A DNA stretch of 64,000 bases. Origin: Vicinamibacteria bacterium (GTDB lineage: Bacteria; Acidobacteriota; Vicinamibacteria; Marinacidobacterales; Marinacidobacteraceae). The translations under genes and the position numbers were made by a program. Below, piece by piece: positions 8,290-17,473 of the stretch. How positions within the stretch are numbered: the stretch's first letter is position 1; every line of letters begins with the position of its first letter. Under the pieces are notes generated by a model. It was not told the origin of the DNA and did not search any database. It saw nothing but the letters and a program-made list of their open reading frames with translations. The stretch covers positions 160,001 through 224,000 of the forward strand of contig OZ219815.1 in NCBI GenBank assembly GCA_964291235.2, read 5' to 3'.

Positions 8290-11200
8290 TCAACCGGACG
8301 CCTCGCTGGCCAGTTCTCGCCGCGCCGAGGTCAGGCGCAGATGGAACGAGGAAAGCGCGGGCACCAGAAACACGATGAGGACCGTGGTGAAGACGATGCC
8401 GCAGCCGATCGAGGCGGAGAAGGGAACGAAGAACTGCGCCTGAATCGCGTCTTCGAGAATCAGGGGCGTGAAGCCGAGAAAGGTCGTCAGGGACGTCAGC
8501 ATGATCGGGCGGAAACGCCCCTTCGCACCCTCGATGATCGCGGTTCGCGCCGGGACGCCGTCCCGGAGTTTCTGATCGGTGAAATCGATCATCACCAGGG
8601 AATCGTTCACCACCACGCCGGCGAGGCCGAAGATCCCGACAAAGGATTGCGCGCTCACGGCTACCCCCAGCACCCAGTGACCCAGGATCACGCCGATGAA
8701 CCCGAACGGGATGATGGCCATGACGATGAACGGTTTGGTGTAGGAGCGCAGGGGGATGGCCAGCAGCGCGAAGATCATGAGCAGCGCGATCACGAATCCC
8801 CGATAGAGACCGCCCAGAGAGTCGAGTTGCTGCTGCTGTTCCCCTCCGAAGGTGTACGTGAGATCCGGGTTCTCGGCGATGAGCCCCGCCAGGATGGTGT
8901 TCTCGAGAATGTCATTGGCGGTCCCGGCGGAAATCACACTGGGATCGACGTCAGCGCTCACCGTGACCACGCGCTGGCCGTCCTGGCGCCGGATGGCCGG
9001 CGGGGAGGTGCCCGAACTCAGGGAAGCCACCCGGCTTATCGGCACGTCGGCGCCGGCTGGCGTCCGGAGCCGGTAACTTTCAACGTCGGTGATCGAGTTC
9101 CGCTGCTCCTCGGGCAGCCGGACGTAAACCCGAACTTCGTCACGTCCTCGCTGCACCCGGACGGCTTCCGCGCCAAAGAAGGCGGCTCGCGTCTGCCACG
9201 CAAGGTCGTCAAGCGTCAGGCCGAAGGTGCGCGCTTCGGGGAGCATTCCCACTTGGATCTCCGGGATGCCGGGAGTGTGATCCGAGCGGATGTCGAAGAC
9301 GCCGCCGACTCCGCCGAGATCTGCGACAGTGGAACTCGCGATCTCGTTGAGGCGTTCCGGATCCGGGTGGGACAGCGCGGCTTCGAGCGGGTTTCCCAGG
9401 GTGAAGATCTGGCTGAAGAAGGTGACCGCCCGCGCCTGAGGCAGGACACCCACCTCCTCACGCCATGCCTGGACGACATCTCCCGAAGTGATGCGCCGCT
9501 GCTGCGCACTCAGGAGCTTGAACTCGATGGTGGCGAGTTTGGCTTCCGGGTTCAGGGTGGGAGAGGGGTTGAGCCCCCCGGTCTCGATTCGAGACCGCCG
9601 ACCGACGACGACCGTAACGCCGGACAGCAGCGGAGGCGCATCCGCGGACCGGCCTTCGGAAAGCCGCTCGATGGCCCTGCGACCGGCCACTTCGAGTTCC
9701 TGCGCCACGGCGTACGTTTGCCGCGCGGTTGTGCCGTCCGGCATCTCGAGCGTGGCGATTGCGAAATCGCCTTCGACCTCGGTCGTGAAGACGGCCGGGA
9801 CGATGCCGGCGGGAATGAGCGAAACGCTCAGGATGAGCAGCGCCACGGCCCCCGAGACCGTTACCCCGGGCCAGTCCGTCGCGAACTGGATCCCGCGATC
9901 CAGCGGCCCTTGGACAAAGCTGTTCAGCAGTGAATCGACACGATTCTGGATTCGGGCGACGAATCGTTCGAAGCGCGTGCCGGGAACCCAATCCGGGCCG
10001 TGCAGATGATGGGACAGGTGGTTGGGCAGCACCAGCAGCGATTCGGCCAACGAAAACAGCAGCATGGCAATGACGATGATCGGCAGCGCCTTCCAGACCT
10101 CGCCGAACCCTGCAGGTATGAAGAGCAGGGGAACGAACGCCACGATCGTCGTCAGCACCGCGAAGATCAGCGGCACCTTGATGCGTCTCGCCCCCCGGAT
10201 TGCCGCCACGACCCCCTGCGCACCGCGCCTTCGTTCGAGGTGGATGTGCTCCGACACGACGATCGCATCGTCCACGACGATGCCGATGGCGAGTACGAAA
10301 GAGAAGAGCGACACCGCGTGGAGCGGAATGTCGAACACCAACATGGCGGCCAGCGCGCCGATTCCGGAAACGCCGAGACCGACGGCGACCCAGAAAGCCA
10401 GCCGGAGTTGGAGGAAAAGACCCAGCGCGAGCAGGACCAGCAACAGCCCCAAGGCCCCATTCTTGAGGAGTAGGGTGGCGCGCTCCACAAAGGTCGAAGA
10501 GTCGTCGAGCCAGATGTTGATGCCCACGCCGTCAGGGAGCATGGGGATCGCCTCGTTCGTGACGTAGCCGCGCACCGCGCGCGCCAAATCCATCACCTTC
10601 TCGCCGTCGGCTCGCGAGATGTCGACGAACACGGCAGGGTGGCCCTCGTGCCGGACGATCAGACCGGCGTCCTGGAAGCCGTCGCGCACCTCGGCAATGT
10701 CACCCAGGCGCACAACGGTGCCGTCGTCGTGCCCGAGGATGACGATGTCCTCGAAATCCTGCTGGTCGTAACTCTGACCGAGGGTCCGAATCCGCACCTG
10801 GGACTGCTCGGTATCGATGCTCCCCGCGGACAGGTCCAGGGAACCTCGGCGAATCGTATTGGCGATGTCGGTCAGCGTGAGCCCAAGAGCCCGCAACCGC
10901 TCCAGCGGCACCTCGATCGAGATCTCGTAGTTGCGCACCCCGCTGGTAGCGACCTGGGACACGTTGGGGAGCGCGGCGAGATCGTCCTCGATACGGTAGG
11001 CGAGTTCCTTCAGCGAGCGTTCGGGAACGTCGCCGTAGAGGATGAGGCGCATTGTGCTCTCGGCGTTCGTCATTTCCCGGATCTGCGGCCGCTCGGCACC
11101 TCCCGGGAAGGTCTGGATCCGCGCGACCGCCGACTCGATTTCATCCTTCTTGGCGTCCATGTCCGTCCCCGAGTTCACTTCGACCCTGACGGACGCCATC

Positions 11201-11493
11201 CCCGGGGCCGCTATGGAGCGGACCGCCTTCACGTCGGCCAGTCCCCGGACCTGATCCTCGATCTTGACGACGATGGCCTCCTCCACCTCTTCGGGCGTCG
11301 CGCCGGGAAACGGCACCGAGATTTCGAACTGGTTGAAGGGCACCGTGGGCCACCCTTCCTGCTCGAGGCCGGTCAGCGACACCAGGCCCACGGCGAGGAT
11401 GCCGAACATCAGCAGATTGGACGCGACGCCGTTGCTCGCCATGTAGGCGATCGGTCCGCGGGGTTCGGCGTGGTTGCCTCGGTCGGAACTCAT
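8290..11493 (-). CDS. RND efflux permease (AcrB/AcrD/AcrF family)
   Basis: ~1067 aa; PGATPEEVE, GIVVDDAIVVSE, RFRPIMLTSLTT; two large periplasmic loops. Confidence 0.93.
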   Translation of the reverse strand: MSSDRGNHAEPRGPIAYMASNGVASNLLMFGILAVGLVSLTGLEQEGWPTVPFNQFEISVPFPGATPEEVEEAIVVKIEDQVRGLADVKAVRSIAAPGMASVRVEVNSGTDMDAKKDEIESAVARIQTFPGGAERPQIREMTNAESTMRLILYGDVPERSLKELAYRIEDDLAALPNVSQVATSGVRNYEISIEVPLERLRALGLTLTDIANTIRRGSLDLSAGSIDTEQSQVRIRTLGQSYDQQDFEDIVILGHDDGTVVRLGDIAEVRDGFQDAGLIVRHEGHPAVFVDISRADGEKVMDLARAVRGYVTNEAIPMLPDGVGINIWLDDSSTFVERATLLLKNGALGLLLVLLALGLFLQLRLAFWVAVGLGVSGIGALAAMLVFDIPLHAVSLFSFVLAIGIVVDDAIVVSEHIHLERRRGAQGVVAAIRGARRIKVPLIFAVLTTIVAFVPLLFIPAGFGEVWKALPIIVIAMLLFSLAESLLVLPNHLSHHLHGPDWVPGTRFERFVARIQNRVDSLLNSFVQGPLDRGIQFATDWPGVTVSGAVALLILSVSLIPAGIVPAVFTTEVEGDFAIATLEMPDGTTARQTYAVAQELEVAGRRAIERLSEGRSADAPPLLSGVTVVVGRRSRIETGGLNPSPTLNPEAKLATIEFKLLSAQQRRITSGDVVQAWREEVGVLPQARAVTFFSQIFTLGNPLEAALSHPDPERLNEIASSTVADLGGVGGVFDIRSDHTPGIPEIQVGMLPEARTFGLTLDDLAWQTRAAFFGAEAVRVQRGRDEVRVYVRLPEEQRNSITDVESYRLRTPAGADVPISRVASLSSGTSPPAIRRQDGQRVVTVSADVDPSVISAGTANDILENTILAGLIAENPDLTYTFGGEQQQQLDSLGGLYRGFVIALLMIFALLAIPLRSYTKPFIVMAIIPFGFIGVILGHWVLGVAVSAQSFVGIFGLAGVVVNDSLVMIDFTDQKLRDGVPARTAIIEGAKGRFRPIMLTSLTTFLGFTPLILEDAIQAQFFVPFSASIGCGIVFTTVLIVFLVPALSSFHLRLTSARRELASEASG

Positions 11494-11560
11494 CGGCAAG
11501 GGGCGGGGCGGATCCAGAAATGCGCTCGCGTGTCGGTCGCGCGGCTATCGGCCTCCGCGC

Positions 11561-13582
11561 TCACACGGGATTCGGGATTTGCGCGACCCGGAACTTCAGT
11601 TTCCGGTTCGGGGCCAGGGTCGGGAACGGATTGATGCCCAGCTTGTAGTTGTCGGGCGCCACTTCAAGCTGCAGGTGATACGCGATGAGCAGGACGTTCA
11701 CGGCCATCTGAAGCTCCACCCACCGATGGCCGAGGCACATGTGCGTACCCAGGCCGTAGGGCGCATAGGCGCCCGGTTGCAAATGTTCCGCCCGGTCCGG
11801 GAGGTACCGATCGATGTCGAACTTCAGGGGATCCTTGTACAAGTCATCGGAATAGTGCGGCACCGTCTGGCAAATCAATGCCATCGTCTTCGTCGGTATC
11901 CCGTATCCACTGACAACGCACTCGTTCATGACCGTTCTCAACTGCCAGGGAATCACTGGATACATACGCGAGGATTCCATGCAGAGACGAACCGTGACGT
12001 CGACGCTGTCGTGACTGAAATCATCGTCCTTCGGTTCACGACCGTTACCGAAGAGCGACTCCGCCTCACTACGGATCCTCGCGTACACCTCCGGGTTGCG
12101 AACCATGTTGTACACCGCGAAGGCGAGTCCGCTGCCGAGGTAGATGCTGGCAACCATGGCCGCCACGAACGGAAACGTAAGGTCGGTTTCGGGCAAGAAC
12201 TGTGGATCGCTCTTGTGGAGCTCGAGAAGCGCATCGGCGATGTCCCGGGGCTTCCCCTTGCGCTGGGCCGGCGTGTGTGATGCCGTGATCGCCTCCTGGA
12301 GGCTCTTGACATGCCTTCCGTAGCGTTTCATTCTCGGCGTGGACAGCATGAAATCCGGCAAGGCGCCCTGAACCCGCGTTACCAGCGCGCGGTGTTCAAA
12401 AGCCAGCAACTCGTCCACATAGTGGCTGCAGTCCACTCCCATCGTGAGGTGCGAGATCTGACTGCTGATGTGGTGTTGAAAGCTCTCGGTGCCGCGGAAG
12501 ATGTCCCCCTGTTGCCACCGGCCCAGCGACTTGCGGCAGTCGTCGATCAGCTCCGGTAGTCGCCGCGCCAACGTGGCCCGGGAATACGCGCTCTGGAGCG
12601 ACTTTCGCATTCGATAGTGTTCGGCCCCATCCATTCCCGGCAGGCTCCGGGAGGCTCCGAATGCACGTTCCAGCCGCTCGATGTAGTCCTTGGAACGGAG
12701 GTAGAATCGCCCGTGCTGGTTTACCCAGCGATTGACATCCGGACCCATCAAGGCAACCACCGGCGCACCCCGGATCTTGAAGGGCATTCGGACGACGGGT
12801 CCCTGTTGTCGGTAGATACCGTGCATCGCCTTCGGGATGTTGCCCGAAAGGAAATCACGTTCCCGCAGGACACCGAGGAATCGGAGCCGCGGAATGGGTT
12901 TGGTCCGGAGAACGCGGCGGGTCTTCGGCTTCGCGGTGCTGTCCTTCACGGCGGCGGCAACCGTCCGCCCGATGAGATCCAGCCTGGCTACCAGTTCGAT
13001 GCGGTCGAGGCGCTCGTCGTAGTCCTCTTCCTCGAGCAGCATCTTGAACCCGCCACAGGTGTGCATCAGGGCCACGAGGATCGCATCGCGCGGGTCGGGT
13101 ATCTCGTCGTTCAGGATGACGCTCAGGACTCTCGTCTTGGATTCGCCGCGGGACTCGGCGGCTTGGGCCGGGTAGGTTCCCGAATGGGAGACATCGCGAG
13201 AGAGGCCCCAGAATCCGCCGGTCTGGTGCGTGAGGATGTTCCGCTCCACCAGGCGGTCGAGCGTTGCCGCCACGATCTCGTCGGTGCGGCGCGCGTTTCG
13301 TTCGATCCAGAACTGGGCGTCCGATTTCTCATCGGACTCGGCGATGTCCTTGAGCGTCGGGTCGAGCAGGTCGTCGCCGGTCGGGGTGGGGTCCACCAGG
13401 TACAGCCGTTCCAGATCGGTCTCGATGCGCCGTTCCAGCGCCAGGTCGGCGAGCACCGCTCCGGCCATGACACAGGAGAAATCCCATCCCGGAACCATTT
13501 CCAGATAGCCGCTCTGCTCGTCGAGCATCAGGAGGATCAACTCCTCGGCGATGCGGATCGGGAACTGGGTAGCCGCGCTCAT
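11561..13582 (-). CDS. GPP34 (GOLPH3/Vps74-like) domain fused to cytochrome P450
   Basis: N-terminal IAEELILLMLD...AGAVLADLAL..RI...LLD...LVERNIL...PDPRD..LVAL pattern; C-terminal ExxR (ESSR), DPLKFDIDR, PYGLGTHMCLG heme motif; GGAGG precedes ATG13582. Confidence 0.85.
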   Translation of the reverse strand: MSAATQFPIRIAEELILLMLDEQSGYLEMVPGWDFSCVMAGAVLADLALERRIETDLERLYLVDPTPTGDDLLDPTLKDIAESDEKSDAQFWIERNARRTDEIVAATLDRLVERNILTHQTGGFWGLSRDVSHSGTYPAQAAESRGESKTRVLSVILNDEIPDPRDAILVALMHTCGGFKMLLEEEDYDERLDRIELVARLDLIGRTVAAAVKDSTAKPKTRRVLRTKPIPRLRFLGVLRERDFLSGNIPKAMHGIYRQQGPVVRMPFKIRGAPVVALMGPDVNRWVNQHGRFYLRSKDYIERLERAFGASRSLPGMDGAEHYRMRKSLQSAYSRATLARRLPELIDDCRKSLGRWQQGDIFRGTESFQHHISSQISHLTMGVDCSHYVDELLAFEHRALVTRVQGALPDFMLSTPRMKRYGRHVKSLQEAITASHTPAQRKGKPRDIADALLELHKSDPQFLPETDLTFPFVAAMVASIYLGSGLAFAVYNMVRNPEVYARIRSEAESLFGNGREPKDDDFSHDSVDVTVRLCMESSRMYPVIPWQLRTVMNECVVSGYGIPTKTMALICQTVPHYSDDLYKDPLKFDIDRYLPDRAEHLQPGAYAPYGLGTHMCLGHRWVELQMAVNVLLIAYHLQLEVAPDNYKLGINPFPTLAPNRKLKFRVAQIPNPV

Positions 13583-13762
13583 CCTCTTCGACCTCCAGAT
13601 CGAGCGGCTTGAGGCCAAGCCACCAGCCCCTCTGGATGGTCCGGTTGAAATACTAGTCCATTCGCAGGCGGCCGGCGGGTCCGGATTCCCCTGGGATCAC
13701 GACCGCCATCCCCGATGGCGCGCGCCAGAAAGCTGGCCGCGCGCGTGGGTAGAGTAGAAGGC

Positions 13763-15142
13763 ATGGGTGAAGTGAAGGGCAGAACGCCGCGGAGGATTGC
13801 CATCGTGGGTGGGGGCGTCTCGGGCCTGGGGGCCGCCTGGGCGCTCCATCAGCATCCGGACCGCTTCGATTTCCGGCTGTTCGAAGCGCAGGCGCAGCTC
13901 GGCGGCAACGCGATCACCGCCGACATGCCGCAGGACGACGGAAGCACGATCCCGTTCGATATCTCCGTCACCGCCTGTATTCCGTCGGCATACCACCACT
14001 TTGTCCTGCTCATGCAGCAACACGGTATCGAGCTGATCGATACCCGGTTCAACTACAGCGTGAGGTATCGAGGCCAGACATATGCCCATGATTTCGACTC
14101 GGACATCAGGCGGCAGTTGCGGCCCGAAATCGAGAAGTTCCAGCGGCTCCTGAAACGTCTCCATTGGTGGGGGCGGCTCAACCTGTCCCGGTCCAAACTG
14201 CTCAGTGCATGCAATCCGTTCAACTACGTCAGCATGGGCGCGCTGTTGAACCTGGGCAGGTACTCGGGGGACTTCCGGTACAAGGTTCTGAAACCCATGT
14301 TCGTCAATTTCCTGATGGCGACGAACGTGTTCGACATGCCGGCGTCGCTCTTTTCTCGGTATCTGGATTTCTTCGACATCGAAACCGCGACGCCGATGCA
14401 GACGTGGGACCAGGGAACGCGGCGGATCTATCAGGAGCTCTCCGCGGCCTTCCCGGAGAAGATCTACCTGAACCGGCCCGTGCGAAAGGTTCACCGGCGC
14501 CGTACCGAAGTAGTCGTAGAGGACGAGAACGGTACGACCGAGACGTTCGATGACGTCGTTTTCGCGTGCAACGCGAACCAGACGCTGATGCTCCTGGACA
14601 AGCCGACGCGGCTGGAGGGTTGGCTCCTCTCCTCGATCCGGTACGAGAGCGAACTGCACAACCATACGGTCGTCCACTCGGACGCCTCGGTCCTTCCGGA
14701 TAATGAGGTCCAGCCATTGGCCACCCGGAGCAACCACATCGAGCAGTACGGTGCGAGGCCCGACAACTACGAAATCACCTACATCATGCACAACCAGCAG
14801 CCGTGGGCGAACAGGTCGGACAAGCCATGCCTCGTGACCTACAACCCGATCAGTCATATCGACGACAGCAAGATCGTCAAGAAGTGGTGGTTTCAGCACA
14901 TCGTGCACGACGTGCCTCACGTGACGTTTCTGACCCAGATGTTTCGCTTCGTTCAGGGCCGGAGGCGAACCTGGCACTGTGGCGCCCACACCCTGATCAA
15001 CAGCCAGGAGACCTGTTTCGTTTCCGGCCTCGTGACGGCGAGGCAGCTCGGAGCCGGCTACCCGTTCCAGGATCCTGAAGCCAGGAAATGGTTCAACTTC
15101 TACGGACGCGTGATGTACGGCTGGCGCTTCAAGGCCGCGTAG
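13763..15142 (+). CDS. FAD-dependent oxidoreductase, COG2907-like (amine-oxidase-fold desaturase/isomerase)
   Basis: IAIVGGGVSGLGAA Rossmann motif, FEAQAQLGG, FDDVVFAC, VHSDASVLP, QGRRRTWHCGA, QETCFVSG; ORF track starts at 13715. Confidence 0.8.
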   Translation: MGEVKGRTPRRIAIVGGGVSGLGAAWALHQHPDRFDFRLFEAQAQLGGNAITADMPQDDGSTIPFDISVTACIPSAYHHFVLLMQQHGIELIDTRFNYSVRYRGQTYAHDFDSDIRRQLRPEIEKFQRLLKRLHWWGRLNLSRSKLLSACNPFNYVSMGALLNLGRYSGDFRYKVLKPMFVNFLMATNVFDMPASLFSRYLDFFDIETATPMQTWDQGTRRIYQELSAAFPEKIYLNRPVRKVHRRRTEVVVEDENGTTETFDDVVFACNANQTLMLLDKPTRLEGWLLSSIRYESELHNHTVVHSDASVLPDNEVQPLATRSNHIEQYGARPDNYEITYIMHNQQPWANRSDKPCLVTYNPISHIDDSKIVKKWWFQHIVHDVPHVTFLTQMFRFVQGRRRTWHCGAHTLINSQETCFVSGLVTARQLGAGYPFQDPEARKWFNFYGRVMYGWRFKAA

Positions 15143-16157
15143 CCTCGCGATTCGCGGGCTCGGCGTAGAACTGTCGGCAGTAGCGCCGGTACATCCCGAT
15201 CTCGCCGTCGGAGCGGCACAGGCTCGGGCGCGACCGGTACCGTTTCCGGCTCCAGATCTCCACGTCCTGCCTGACGTCGTGCTTCTGGAAGGTCAGCATC
15301 AACTTGTTCATGAGGTCGGTGCGGAGGGCCGGGGGGAGGAATCTCAGCCCCACGATCGGCCGTTTCGGTTTCCTGAGCCGCCGCAACTGGCTGACCAGCA
15401 CCAGATCGATCAGCGTGCCATCGACGGGCGTCGCTAGCACCCACAGGCGCCCGTCCATTCCAATGGACCGCTCGTGGAACTCCACGAACGAATATCCGAG
15501 CCCGACGACATGGGCGGTGGCAGAGACATCGAACGCGAGATCCACGATCCCGGCGACGCTTTGCGTGCGCCTGAAGTCAAAGCTACTCACCAGATGGGCG
15601 CCGTCCACGGTTACCGCGCCGACCCGACCGACATTGCCGTAGCCGTGCACGTACCGGAGGTGCGCCATGTCCACGGCGTTCTCACTCGTTTCCTGGGGGT
15701 GTCCCCGAAACCGGAGAGTCCGGAACGCCAATTCACACCAGTCGTCCCCGCCGGAAGGCTCTTCGGGAAGGCTCCACTGAGGGGGTCGTCGGTCGATGCC
15801 CCACCAGGCGAAGACGATGCCAAGGATTTCCCGCGTCTCGAATGCCGTCAGCTTCGCGGTCTTCGGCGGCGGGGCAAAGGGAGTGGCGACGCATTGCCCG
15901 CTGACGTCGAACTCGTAGCCGTGAAAGGGACAAACAAGACGGCCATCGCGCACCCGGCCGCCGGCGGCGGGGCCCAGTTCGGACCCGAGGTGCGGACAGA
16001 CCGACTCGGCCACCGAGATCCCGCCGGCATCGTCGCACCAGGCGACGATGTTCTTTCCCATCCAGGACTTCTGGATGAGCTTCACCTTCTCCAGGGACCG
16101 CCGGGTGGCAACGAAATACCAGCCCTCCGGGTACGGAGAGAGCGTGGATTCACTCAT
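15129..16157 (-). CDS. Rieske [2Fe-2S] non-heme iron oxygenase, KshA/Neverland(DAF-36)-like sterol oxygenase/desaturase
   Basis: PYPEGWY, CPHLG...CPFHG, ENAVDMAHLRYVH, QDVEIW..K.Y...P.L...DG.I..YRRYCRQFY; the true start is ATG16157 inside the 818-aa track ORF. Confidence 0.85.
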   Translation of the reverse strand: MSESTLSPYPEGWYFVATRRSLEKVKLIQKSWMGKNIVAWCDDAGGISVAESVCPHLGSELGPAAGGRVRDGRLVCPFHGYEFDVSGQCVATPFAPPPKTAKLTAFETREILGIVFAWWGIDRRPPQWSLPEEPSGGDDWCELAFRTLRFRGHPQETSENAVDMAHLRYVHGYGNVGRVGAVTVDGAHLVSSFDFRRTQSVAGIVDLAFDVSATAHVVGLGYSFVEFHERSIGMDGRLWVLATPVDGTLIDLVLVSQLRRLRKPKRPIVGLRFLPPALRTDLMNKLMLTFQKHDVRQDVEIWSRKRYRSRPSLCRSDGEIGMYRRYCRQFYAEPANREATRP

Positions 16158-16252
16158 GCGTACTGACCGGCATTCTCGCCCAAGACTCGTAGCTCCTCCG
16201 CCGCCCCACCCGGCGGATCTGAATTCCAGGTGATCGAACTTCGCTTCGAGCG

Positions 16253-17473
16253 CTACTCCGCTGTCCGCACCCGCATTCCCTCGGTCGCGAACTGGATCCC
16301 ACCCACGACCACCTTCTGGCCGTCCTGTAGTCCACCGGTGACGTACACGTCGTCGTTGAAGCGTTGGAGCACGCGAACCGGCACAATCGTCACCGCATCG
16401 TCTCTGAGCGCCCAGACCTCGTTGCCCGGCCTGAGCGCCAGACGCCGGATCCGAAAGTACGCCTCGGGAGCGGCGCCGCCAATCTCGACATCCACAAACT
16501 GACCGACCAGCAGGGGCGGCGCCGAGAGCCCGGCCGGAGATTCGGCGCCCTCGCTCCCGTTGCGGCCCTCCACCGGGGAACCACCCACGAAGGGGTTCGG
16601 GACGCGCACGATCACATCGAGAGTCCGGGTCCCTTCGTCCACTGCCGCCTCGAATCGGTCCACGGTTCCCGCCCAGGCATAGCTGGTGGTTCCGTGCCTG
16701 GCGATGACGCGGGCTGCAACCCTGGTGTCTCCGGAGCCGGCCCGAAGTTCCCAAAGGCCCGGGATGAGCGCCGCGTCGGCGTCGGAAAGGGATACCACGA
16801 TCTCGACCGCATCGGAGGCGTAGATCGCTCCCACGCTCATTCCGGCGGTCACGAATTGCCCGACGCCCACCGTTTCGTGCCGGACTACGGCGTCGAAGGG
16901 CGCCTGGACCGCGGTCCGCGAGAGCAGGAGTTCGGCCTCCGCCAGGAGGGCGCGGTCCCGTTCCAGGGCAGCCCGCGCCGCCTCGAGTTGGGGCTCCCAC
17001 TGCGCCAGGGGACTGACGTCCGCGTTTTGTCCATCGCCCGCCCGGCTTCGGAACGCAGCGTACTGCTCCTTCGCGATCCGTGCTTCTTCCTCGACCTTCA
17101 GCAACTCGACCTGCTGGACGGCGACGCTGGCGCGCGCCTGCTCTCTCCGGTGGCGGTAGTCGGCGTCGTCGAGGCGGAAGACGACCTGGCCCTCGGTCAC
17201 CCGGCCGCCGCTTTCGAAAGCCGGATCGACCCAGACCACGCGTCCGCTCACCCCCGCGGCCACGTCCACCTGCACCCGAGGCCGCACGGTTCCGCTGCCG
17301 TACACCGGAATTGCGCCGGAGCCGGCGACCGCCGGGGCGGTGGACGCGAAGGGAATCTGCGAGGGAGGCTCCCGCCGCTCGGGTTCCGGCCGCTGGGCGA
17401 CCAGCAGGGCCGCAATCCCGAAGGATGCCAGCAGGATCGCCGCCGCCAGGACATATCCCTTGGTTCGATTCAT
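16253..17473 (-). CDS. RND periplasmic adaptor (membrane fusion protein)
   Basis: N-terminal TM; VSGRVVWV, coiled-coil hairpin, VQAPFDAVV, VGQFV, GLQDGQKVVV. Confidence 0.92.
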   Translation of the reverse strand: MNRTKGYVLAAAILLASFGIAALLVAQRPEPERREPPSQIPFASTAPAVAGSGAIPVYGSGTVRPRVQVDVAAGVSGRVVWVDPAFESGGRVTEGQVVFRLDDADYRHRREQARASVAVQQVELLKVEEEARIAKEQYAAFRSRAGDGQNADVSPLAQWEPQLEAARAALERDRALLAEAELLLSRTAVQAPFDAVVRHETVGVGQFVTAGMSVGAIYASDAVEIVVSLSDADAALIPGLWELRAGSGDTRVAARVIARHGTTSYAWAGTVDRFEAAVDEGTRTLDVIVRVPNPFVGGSPVEGRNGSEGAESPAGLSAPPLLVGQFVDVEIGGAAPEAYFRIRRLALRPGNEVWALRDDAVTIVPVRVLQRFNDDVYVTGGLQDGQKVVVGGIQFATEGMRVRTAE

